A DNA stretch of 64,000 nucleotides from Octopus sinensis (taxonomy: Eukaryota). Where the stretch lies: assembly GCF_006345805.1 (NCBI RefSeq), contig NC_043000.1:108376001-108440000 (forward strand), in the 5' to 3' direction. Positions 53,046 through 64,000 of the stretch are shown piece by piece; within the stretch, counting starts at the first letter, position 1, and every line of letters begins with the position of its first letter. Below the pieces are notes generated by a model, which did not search any database, had not been told where the DNA came from, and worked only from the letters and a program-made list of their open reading frames with translations. The position numbers and the translations under genes are program-made.

Positions 53046-54139
53046 GATAATGATAATAAACCACTTCACTTCATCTCGAGCCATTGAATGAGCCTCTACG
53101 GCGTCGCTAGGTCTGCTAGATATTTTAATCAAGTCTCTTTCAAACCATACATTTTTTTGTCTATCCGTCCCTGTATCTCAGTCTATATTTGCTGTACATA
53201 GACATATACCATTTTGGAAACAGGATGATTTCGGGATTGAAATTCTGTCCTTCATTTGGTTCTTGAACATCAAGCATTGGGATCTGATTTAAAAGCAGTT
53301 AGGTTGCCATTTCTAGCAGGCAAAGCTTGGTTGGCGTTTGTCAGATGACGTCACAGATCAAGGGGAAGATAAATGACATTTGCTTCGTTAATTTTACTTC
53401 GAAATAAAAACTTTGAGACAGATTGGACAACAGCTGGAATTCAACTTAGAATGATTGCATTGCAAAATTAATTCTCATCCGTCTTTAACCTCTGATCAAA
53501 CACCACTGGGGCATATAGTCATTATAGATGTACTATAGTCATGCTATTTAGCTCTCTTTAGTTTGGAGCCGTAAACCCAATTAGCCCTCCGCAGGAGCTA
53601 GGTCAAAAGTCAACACGGAGTGCGGCTTTTAAGTTAGTAATTATATAAAAGTACATCTTCATATGATATTAAAAATATTACTGTATAGAAAAATAGCCGA
53701 TATAAATGTTGTTTGGCTGGTTGTTGGTTGGTTGTTGGTTAATTGATTATTCTAGTCGCGCTTTACATCATTTATAATGAAGGAGAGCGAGTAAAAGAGA
53801 GTTACAGAGAGAATTAACATAAGTGGTGTAGGATTAATGTCATAACTTTCTGAAACATACATTTGGGGGGGGGGGTTATGAAACTCAATTCAGTACTGTG
53901 CGATTACGTTGATAGAATTTCGAAAAATAACGATATTTATTTATTATAAGTGTATAAATGAGAATTTTGCTTTATTTAATTTTATTTTAAGATAATGAAT
54001 ATTTTTCGTTTGAAATTTAGTATTCATTTCGTCATTTTGCATAAGCGCCAAGAAATTTGATTGGATTTAAATAACAGTTATTGCTATGTTTGCTATATTT
54101 CCTAATACCACTCATGGTGGCAAAAGTATACTCCCAGGA

Positions 54140-54831
54140 GTAGGAGGAGGAGGAAGATGATGATGACGACGACGACGACGACAGCGATGATAATGATGAC
54201 CATGATGACGAGGACAACGACGAGGACGACGACGATGTTATCGCTGCTAGCTTCTGCTTGATTCAGGGAAGACAAACAATAATAAAAATTTACTCCTGCA
54301 TTTTTCCAGTCGCTTGTTGACATTTTCAGATCTTTGAAGCTCCTAAGGTATTTTTTTTTTTGTATCAGTTCTCTCATGTATAGACAATAACAACGAGGAC
54401 GGTGGCGGCAGTAGTTTGTAGTGGCGATGGTAGTAGTGTTCGTATAGGTGGTAATGAGGATAACGATGGTATTAGTGGTTTTGGTGGTGATAATCGTCGT
54501 GGTGTAAGTTAGCGACGGTGAAGGTGACGATGATGGTATAGATGGGGATGGTGGAAGTGGTGGCTGTGGTGTTTGGAGCTTGTGGGTGTAGGTGGCACTG
54601 AAAGGACTGTGGTAGCCGACAGCATGATGGTGATTATGTTAATGGTGGGATGATGATGATGATGATGAGGAGGAGGAGGAGGAGGAGGAGGAGGAGGAGG
54701 AGGAGGTGGATGTGGAGGACTTGGAGGACGTGGAAACGAGGACGGCGCTGATGATAATGATGACGACAACAAGGATTATGAAGATGATAAAGATGATAAT
54801 GATAATTATTATTATTCATATACACAACATG

Positions 54832-54896
<65 letters not shown>

Positions 54897-54987
54897 CTTT
54901 ATCATCATTATCTTTATCTTCATCATAATAGTTGTCGTTGTCATCATTATCATCAGCGTCGTCGTCGTCTCCTCTTCCACCTCTACC

Positions 54988-55026
<39 letters not shown>

Positions 55027-55121
55027 TACTACTACTACTACTACTATTGTTATTATTATTATTATCATTATTATTATTACTACTACTACTACTATTGTTA
55101 TTATTATTATTATTATTATTA

Positions 55122-55170
<49 letters not shown>

Positions 55171-55259
55171 CATTATTATTATTATTATTATTACTATTAT
55201 TGTTATTATTGTTATTGTTGTCGATATTATCATTACTATTACAATTATTATTATTGTTG

Positions 55260-55329
<70 letters not shown>

Positions 55330-55330
55330 G
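54140..55330. repeat. Compound trinucleotide microsatellite field (GAC/GAT/GAG/GGT/ATA/TAT/TAC)
   Basis: Directly visible; source of several spurious homopolymeric ORFs. Confidence 0.95.
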
Positions 55331-55675
55331 CAGGGCAGGTATGGGGGAGAAAGGAACCAACAGCATCATCAACATACTCCACATTTTATACTGTAGAAAA
55401 ATGTAGTCCAATATTCTGTCATTGTTAATCAAAAATATTGCCGATCATTTTGCAGAAATATTTTCGGTTTTAATGGCGTTATATTGTTGTTGCTGCTTTT
55501 TTTCCCGTTTTATTTATTTATTTATTCATTGCTTCTAAACTTGCACGTGAATAGAATTCCATTGAATTTTAATTCTAATTACAAGTAATTAAGTTTATAG
55601 CTATTATATTGTAATTTGGGGAATCGGACCTTATATAAATGCCTGCGGATATTTCAACGTAAACCTGCATAATAT

Positions 55676-55716
<41 letters not shown>

Positions 55717-55898
55717 TGTATAAGACGTTAAAATAGAATGTAGAATTATACATTCACATATCTTGTTAATTATAATATTGTTCCATATCATACCATGTGG
55801 TAAGCTATTACTTGGATTACACTAGAGTACTTGTAAGACATTTAATATCCCTTTCCCTATATGTATATGTGTGTTAGTGTGTTTGTGTGTGTGTGTGT

Positions 55899-55995
<97 letters not shown>

Positions 55996-56055
55996 TGTGT
56001 ATGTATGTATATATGTATATCTATATTTATATCTATCTATCTATCTATCTCTGAT

Positions 56056-58500
56056 CAAGTTGCTTTCTTTCGCTAGGGACTTCACTAGTATTAGCGACAG
56101 AGATATAGAGATAATCTTGCACGGCAAGAAGACAGTGCTGTTCAACAAAGGCTCGGCATGGGCCAAGCAATCCAACCCCACGGGCTCCTTTGAGGTAGTG
56201 ATGGGCGCTTACGACAGTGCTGATATTTGCGACCTTATCGGGTTATATATCTTAGAGACCTTAGAAAAATGTTCCACTCCGTCCTTTTTTGGCCTCTATA
56301 GGGATGACGCCCTGGCCATCTCTAGGGGCAAAAAGCCATACTTAGACAAACTTAGCAGCCATACATAGACAAACTTAGGAAAGACTTAATCAGCACGCTT
56401 GCCTCCATGGGATTGAAGATCACCATAGAGACAAACCTCACATTAGCGGACTATTTAGATGTCGTACTCACGTGCTCCGGTACTTACAGGTCCTACCGCA
56501 AACCAAGCAAGAGGCTGTTATACATAAACACAGCCTCCTGTCACACACCCATAGTATTCCAGAACATGGTAAAAGGCATCAGCAAGAGGATTTCGAGCCT
56601 TTCCTCTAGCCAAGAAGCTTTCGACGCAGCAGCCTCTTACTATAATGAGGCCCTAGCTGCCAGCCGGTTTAGGGACCCCATCCCCTACATGCTGGAATCC
56701 GACAGCCGCAGGAATACGATTTGGTTCCGCCACCCACGCACTCCCTTAACACAATGACACCTGTAGGTATACTTTTCCTTAAAGTAATAGTTAAGCATTT
56801 CACTAGCTCCCAAGGGTGTGGTCCCATATTCAACAGGCATAACGTTAGGGTCTCGTTTAGCTGCGTCCCCAACATTAGGAGCATCCTAGTTAGCCCCCCT
56901 AGAACATAGGAAGATGCGGGTTATCCATGCAAGATCCGAAGCAATTGCCCGGTAGGAGGCCACTGCGAAACTAAAGGAGTCGTATATCAAGCCGAGGTTC
57001 TAACACGACATGCCTTTAACACCGGCAGAAACAATAACGGCCGTAGACATGACAACAGAGCCAATAACACAGCCACCATTACCACCAACGCCACCATGGA
57101 TGGCAGCATCGCTAACAACAACAGCAGCGGCATCGCCAACAGCAACGACATCACCACCATAACCACTAGCCTCATAAATAGCTTGCCAGACCTTTTAGCC
57201 ACTATAGTAGTAGTAGCAGAGTCAATGGATCCAGTTCCATCGCTAGGTATAACAGCAACAACGGCAGAACTGGCAGTGGCGATTGCACTACCGTCGCCAC
57301 CACCACATCCTCCACCATCACCAGCAGCCCCAACTCCATCAACAACAACAGCAACGCTGGCAGCACCACTAGCAGCAGCGACGACAACAACAACCGCAGC
57401 AGCAACAACAGCAGCGCCAGCATCAGCAGCAACAACAACGGCTGCACCACAGGCAACACACGCAGGGACGGAAATATCTGTTTCTTTATTACCCACATGG
57501 GGTTAAACATAGAGGGGACAAACAAGGACAGACAAACGGATCAAGTCGATTACATTGACCCCAGTGCGTAACTGGTACTTTATTTATCGACCCCCAAAGG
57601 ATGAAAGGCAAAGTCGACCTCGGCGGAATTTGAACTTAGAACGTAACGGCAGACGAAATACGGCTACGCATTTCGCCCAGCGTGCTAACGTTTCTGCCAG
57701 CTCGCCGGCACCAACACCATCCTCAGCGACGCCAAAGCCAGCAGCAACAGCAGCAGCCCCAACTCCAGCAGCGACAAAACCACCGGTGGCATCAGCGGCA
57801 ACGGTAGCAGCAATAGCAGCAACATCAACACCAGCAACATCAGCATTTACAGAAGCAATAGGCACAACGACAGCAGCGACAGGCGCAACAACATGACGCG
57901 CCCACAGAAGTACGTGGGGCACACTTGGAACTCTCTCGAACAGCTTATTTCCAACCATCTGTCCTTCAGAGTCCCGGAAAGGAGATACGTGACATCGCTG
58001 GCCAGCTATTTCTGACAATTACGAGACGAAGAGATTCCATACTCGATCACGTGGGAAATATTCGAAAACCCAGGCCCCTACACCAACGGGACGAAACGGT
58101 GCACGTTATGCATTGCCAAACGCATGAGGTTCCTTAAAGATTCACTCGTGCCAGGAGACATCCTGAACTCCAGCACGGATATTTTCGGACAATTCTTGCA
58201 TTTTAGAAAATTCCTGCTGGCCTTTTGGAATCCGCATGGCTGTACCATAGCCGGAAGCCAATAGCCAAGGCCTAAGGGAAACAATCGCTTACCTCCGTGA
58301 TGCTTGCTTTGGTGACCGCAAGATGGTAGCACAACCGAAGATCGATGGACAATGGCAACGGGAGATAATCGCTTAAGGTTTTACCCTCAAAAGCGAGGCT
58401 TTTCTTCCTCCATATTTTAAAGAGGTCTTTTTGTGGCCTAAAGATACGTCGTAAGACTAAATCCCTTACAAGCGAGAAACCCAGGGTAACCGGCCTACCC

Positions 58501-58506
<6 letters not shown>
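56056..58506 (+). mobile_element. Penelope-like element (PLE), 5'-truncated: RT C-terminal half + GIY-YIG endonuclease, frameshifted and interrupted
   Basis: RT: MGAYDSADICDLIGLY, GLYRDDAL, ADYLDV, YRKPS..LLYINTASCH. Linker: NVRVSFSCVPNI, CPVGGHCETKGVVYQAEV. After an 0.9-kb insert: KYVGHT..NHLSF..SITWEI..PYTNGTKRCTLC..LN..RKFLL. Flanked by (ATCT)n and (TA)n. Confidence 0.88.
57467..57707 (-). mobile_element. SINE family B inserted in the Penelope GIY-YIG spacer
   Basis: Reverse complement of the 63681-63910 copy. Confidence 0.9.
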
Positions 58507-58570
<64 letters not shown>

Positions 58571-59339
58571 AAAATTTGATGTTGAAAATGCACTTAAATT
58601 TGAAAAACTTGTAATTGTTTTTAAATAAATTTATTTACATATATACCATACTAGTTTCAACAATGGTAAAAGTTTAAAATTATGAATTAGAAAAATACGT
58701 TTAAAAGTTTCAATGTTTACAAGTTTGAATAATATCAATTATGATATAAATGTTCATGACATTCAGTAATATAAAATATGTGGATTATCTTGTTTAAATG
58801 TACAAAATTCAATAGTGTTAGAAGTAATCGATAACAAATGTGGATCGTCAAAGGTTCGGTCATACTAAGTTAAGAGGTAGAAAAACAAAGGGGAAATGCA
58901 AATAGTATAAAAAGGGTTTTATTTACAGTTTTAGTGGTTCTTTTTCCGTTGTGTGCAGGGACTTGCGCTTCTAACGGCGTTTTTTTGAAATCCGGTGTAT
59001 TTATAATTTTTTTCCGTGATCGGATCTGATTTTTGATTCGTTAAAGTACTGGTGACGTGTTATTTTTGCTGGTGATCAAGTTTGTCGTTCTGCTTGGTTA
59101 GCTTCCCTGTGTGGAACGGCCATCAACCGTTCCAGTTGGTTGATTTGCTGAAGTTCGGTTTTGATCGTAGGCAAAATTTCATTGGTCTAGAGTCGGGTAC
59201 CGTCAGCAACGTTAAATAAAGATTTAGTGATGCAGCTGTCGTGACTTTTAAACGCCCTCGTGTTTACTATCTATCTCACCAGCTCTGTCTGTCTCTGCTT
59301 ATCTGTCTGTCTTTGTCTCTCCTCCCTCTCTCTCTTAAT

Positions 59340-59375
<36 letters not shown>

Positions 59376-59555
59376 GTATATAATACTTTCTCGCTGTATT
59401 GCGTGTTCGTTTCTTTTTTGCATTTGTTATTCCATTTTTGACATTCTATATAAATGAAGAAGTATACTTTGTTTTGCAGTTTTTCTTTACACGAAATGAA
59501 AAGATACATTAACAATAATAAATCTCTGAGCGAGATATAAACAGTAACTGCTCTA

Positions 59556-59954
59556 TAACATAAGGGGGATCAGCCATCTGAATGTGGCTAGGGACAGGGC
59601 AGGGTGGTGGGGGTGTTACTGATGCATTTAGCCCCAGGCGATCATCGACGTCACCAGAAGGGCTGACTGTGTTTACTGTGAAAATCCATATATATCCAGC
59701 CTGTAGAGGAGGTCCCTCAACGAAGAACGGTGCTTACCATGCGTTGATAAGAGGCAATTACCTCGAAACCGGTCCGTATGTAGCATCCGTATCTTCGGGG
59801 AGGCTGATCTCCCTTTGCAGGCTGGCAAGGACACCGTGATGGTGTCAGCCCTTCTGGTGACGTCGATGATCGCCTGGGGCTAAATGCATCAGTAACACCC
59901 CCACCACCCTGCCCTGTCCCTAGCCACATTCAGATGGCTGATCCCCTTATGTTA
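59556..59954. repeat. About 400-bp foldback element with 111-112-bp near-perfect inverted arms
   Basis: 59556-59667 is the reverse complement of 59844-59954 (one G/C-run length difference). Inner imperfect pairing 59696-59710 with 59810-59825. Confidence 0.9.
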
Positions 59955-60560
59955 AAAGATACATTGCTGAACTGTTATTTTAGCGAGGGCACCCCCATCG
60001 TATACACATACATGTATGTATGTATGTATGTATGTATGTATGTATGTATGTATGTATGTATGTATGTATGTATGTATACACACACTCACACACATATATA
60101 TGTTATCGAAGGATCCTGACCACTTCCACGTGACCAAAAGTGGACTGACACATTTCAACTGTGTGAACAGTCGGCAGCTGACAGTCAGCAGTTGACAGCG
60201 AGCAGTTGACATCGGCCAGTTGACAGCTTTGATCGTTCGTAGTGGATTACTGTGTTGGGTTAATATCGTGCCTATATTGACGTAGTGTAATTATGTGTAA
60301 TGTTTGCATTAATATGTATGCTCACAAATGAATGCAAAGAAAGAAAGCTAGCTCATCAGAACACCATAGGTTTCTCTGAATCCACATGAATACATAAATA
60401 CATACAGGCACACGTACACACGCTCGCACACACATACAGGCACAATAGGACGTATATACATTCACACACGTGCACACACACACACACACACTCACACACA
60501 CAGACACACACACATACATACACATATGTAATGCTTAAAGGTATTTATTTACACATTGTA

Positions 60561-61497
60561 CAGGGTGCGTTAGAGAACATGATCATATAGATTGACACGC
60601 ATCTACATTTGGGTTTTCTAGCCTTATGAGACAACGCACAGAGTCTTGCACAGAGTCTTGCACAGAGTCTTGCACAGAGTCTTGCATACAGTCTTCCGTT
60701 GCATACTCTGTCTACCCAGGGCCTCGCAACTTTCTCCAACACCTTTGTGTATACAGTGGATTTGACTCTTAAGTCATGTAAATGCAGAATTAGGAAACAT
60801 TGCATCTCCCTCGTTGCTAACGAATCCCAGAATCATCACAGCTGCTGTGAATTCAGTTATGCATGACCGTTGGAAACTTATTCGGAATCCTGCATAATTA
60901 TTTAAAATTCTTTCTGTTTACACCTTGGTCCTGTGCGAAGTTTTTGTCATAGGGGGAAAAAACCAAAGCTCTCCAGACTCTTGGAGTTTGAACTTAATTA
61001 GCGAGGGCTTTGCACGGATCGATCGATCGATTCTCTCTAGTCACATCCGACAAGAACTGAACATCTCCTCATCTCATACGACTTGTACCGAATGTCATTG
61101 CGCACAACTCTTCTAATAATGCATTCTGAGATTCATTGCAATGACTCTGATTGAATTACCGGGGATTTTATTGATTATTTCTTGGACTTTGTGCATAACG
61201 TTATATGTTCTGATGGCATTAGGACCCTGTGCATGCTTTTTGCAGCTGATGCTGCATTTCCGTCAGCAGCTTCCAGCTCCCTTCGATCTTTGACAAGAAA
61301 GGATCAAGCAACTTTTAGAAAGCGAGTTATTTCCCTATAATTATGCAGAACTTCTAAGTCAGCGATTATAGCATACCTTTTGATTTGCTTAGTCAACCAG
61401 ATGTCATATTATTTATCTGAAAAGTAAAGCAAAAAAATAAATTAGACGAAAGTTAAGGCTCTTAAAAGAGGTGTCGTCAAAAAACTGACGCATCCTG
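60561..61497 (-). mobile_element. Internally deleted Tc1/mariner-superfamily element (DD37D/maT-like) with TA TSDs
   Basis: TA|CAGGGTGCGTTAG ... CTGACGCATCCTG|TA; remnants DIRYKSY, VMILGFVSNEGDAMF, VYTKVLEKV.RPW, QDS..SHKA. Confidence 0.75.
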
Positions 61498-61609
61498 TAC
61501 ATATGTTACTAGAACAGAGATTTATATAATAAATACCTATAAAAATTATACTATCTATCTGTCTGTCTGTCTGTATGTCTGTCTGTCAGTCTGTCTGTCT
61601 GTCTATCTA

Positions 61610-61725
<116 letters not shown>

Positions 61726-62095
61726 TATACATATACATATGTGTGTGTGTGTGTGTGTGTGTGTGTCACTTATATATAACTCAGTCTTATGTTGAGATTT
61801 GCGCTTCGTATTTATATATGTATCTGACAGGCAAAGAATTTAGAAGTAACGTAGATAAATCTAAAATATTTTTCCCCGGAAAATACTTTTAGCGAAGTGC
61901 TAAACAATGAAGAAAAACCATATTTAAAACAATCATATAATAAAATATAATAATCTAAATAATCTAAAATATATGGCCACTTAAATGTAGAAAATAATAT
62001 ACATACATACATGTATATATTCGCACGCACATACACACACACATGCACACGCACGTACGCACATACATACATACATACATAAATACATACATACA

Positions 62096-63116
62096 GACTG
62101 CTAAACAACAGCAGCAAAAATAAATATATTAATGCAATGCTGAAAAGTGAAGTGACCAACTTCGTACGAGTTGGCAGTGAACTCCTCAAGAAACACTCTC
62201 TTCCTGATGACCTCCTATACAGCCCCAAAACAGCTGGGCTCTCTTACCTCAGGGAAGACCTGGATGGAAAACACTCAGTATTCAAAAGAAGGACCATGCA
62301 TGGGTATGTTGCCCGGAAGCTTGAAGAAAACAGTAGAATTGACACGAAGCGCAGCATCTCTTGGACACAAGACCACTACATCACATCACACTTGAAAGCT
62401 ATGTGTTTGCCATATAGGAACAGGAAATTGACACAAAGTACCTGGTGAACAAGAGAGACAGTGATGCTCTTGTAATCCCAAGGTACAATCGCACGTGTAG
62501 GCTATGTCATGTCTCTGTGGGAGACATTATGCATGTGATTAGCAGCTGGCCTAAAATGTCGTCACGGTTCTACCCGCCTATGCGGCACGATGTTGTTGCT
62601 AAAACAATTTACAATGCCATCCGCAAAGAAAGACTGTCCTGAAATAAACTTAGAAAATCCCTCTGTTATGGAATACATTCATAAACATTAACTCAAGGAA
62701 TACTGGTGGAATATTCCCATCAAAACTTCTGTCAAATGCAAACATAACAGGCCAGATATTGTTGTTTGGGACAGAGGTACAAAGGTATGTACCATCATAT
62801 CTCTTTGAAATCAAAGGAAAAGAGGATATCTATGGACAACTGCTTCGAAACCTCCAGGTTCTATATCCAGACTATGAATTCATATTCATACCAATAATAA
62901 TTGGAGTACTAGGTTTTGTTAGTAAATGCTTAAAGGAGAATCTAGCTAACTGAGATTTTCAGAAAGAGAATTTGACTGGATGATTCATACATTACAAGAG
63001 CAATCTGTGAGTGGAGTGATAAAAATATGCAAGACTTTTCTCAAGTTCCAAATGTGAATTTGTCCGTGTTAACTTCATCCCAAAGATGGAGTTTCGTATC
63101 TTTGTTGGAAAGATAC
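62096..63116 (+). mobile_element. 5'-truncated R4/Dong-like (RLE-type) non-LTR retrotransposon remnant in (TACA)n
   Basis: Across frames: MHG.., AYVFAIQEQEIDTK, CRLC..HVISS(C) zinc knuckle, MRHD, YWWNIPIKTS..KHNRPDIVVWD (PD-(D/E)xK nuclease), IPIIIG..G, ICKTFLKF*. Flanked on both sides by (TACA)n. Confidence 0.85.
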
Positions 63117-63680
63117 ATACATACATACATACATACATGCATACATGCATGCATACATACATGCATACAAGCATGCATACATACATACATACATACATAC
63201 ATACATACATACATACATACATACATACATACATACATACATACATGCATGCATACATACATGCATATGCATACATACATACATACATGCATACATACAT
63301 ACATACATACATACATACATACATACATACATACATACATACGTACATACATAGAATGATATTCAGGTAGAGACTGATATGTGTTCACATACATACATGT
63401 ATATATTAAAATATTTATATACATTTATTAAATATATACTGTTTCTGACACCAGCATTGTAGTAAGCGATCCAGTATTTTGTCATAAACACACGCACACA
63501 TTATCACGTCTATTTGTAGATGCAGAACACCATTTTCCTATGTATACTTTCATGATTTAAGCACCCCTCATATACACAGTCATCTATCTATCTGTCTATC
63601 TATCTAATTATCTATCTATCTATATGTCTTTCTGGATGTCTGGATATATGTATGTATGAATGTATTTATGTATGAATTTA

Positions 63681-63908
63681 GGCGGCGAGCTGACAGAAAC
63701 GTTAGCACGCCGGGCGAAATGCGTAGACGTATTTCGTCCGCCGTTACGTCCTGGGTTCAAATTCCGCCGAGGTCGACTTTGCCTTTCACCCTTTCGGGGT
63801 CGATAAATTAAGTACCAGTTACGCACTGGGGTCGATGTAATCGACTTAATCCGTTTGTCTGTCCATGTTTGTCCCCTCTGTGTTTAGCTCCTTGTGGGTA
63901 GTAAAAAA

Positions 63909-63910
<2 letters not shown>
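63681..63910 (+). mobile_element. SINE family B, full length
   Basis: GGCGGCGAGCTGACAGAAACGTTAGCACGCCGGGCG head, GTCGACTTTGCCTTTCACCCTTTCGGGGTCGAT core, ends ..GTGGGTAGTAAAAAAA. Confidence 0.9.
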
Positions 63911-63941
<31 letters not shown>

Positions 63942-64000
63942 TGTATGTATGTATGTATGTATGTATAAATCTGAAACTGAGAACAGCGGTGAAGTGACTC

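Noticed and set aside
56987-58018. Ala/Val-rich minus-strand ORFs as host membrane proteins
   Set aside because: Antisense of the low-complexity insert and SINE within the Penelope element.

Overview
AT-rich, microsatellite-saturated animal genomic DNA. The SINE families and repeat landscape look like an octopod cephalopod (inference from recall, not a database search). One host coding exon is recognisable: the terminal exon of a TMEM272-like membrane protein gene (14650-15080, +). The rest is mobile DNA and simple repeats. Retroelements: a 5'-truncated L1/Tx1-clade LINE whose frameshifts all look like homopolymer deletions (42601-47345, -), with a second 3' fragment of the same family (about 10650-10917, +), both abutting (TATC)n; a 2.0-kb ORF1-only 'half-L1'-like element inserted in a SINE with a 16-bp TSD (35110-37114, -); a Penelope-like element (RT + GIY-YIG, 56056-58506, +); R4/Dong-like remnants in (TACA)n and (AAT)n; a decayed Ty3/gypsy pol. 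Also present are several Tc1/mariner derivatives, MITE-like foldbacks and more than 15 tRNA-derived SINEs. The most notable unannotated signals are an apparently intact type I hammerhead ribozyme (20266-20362, -), further hammerhead-like Penelope termini embedded in (TA)n, the ORF1-only element and the apparent (TATC)n targeting of the Tx1 family. There is a 100-N assembly gap at 22238-22337. All calls were made by eye from motifs and hand translation.
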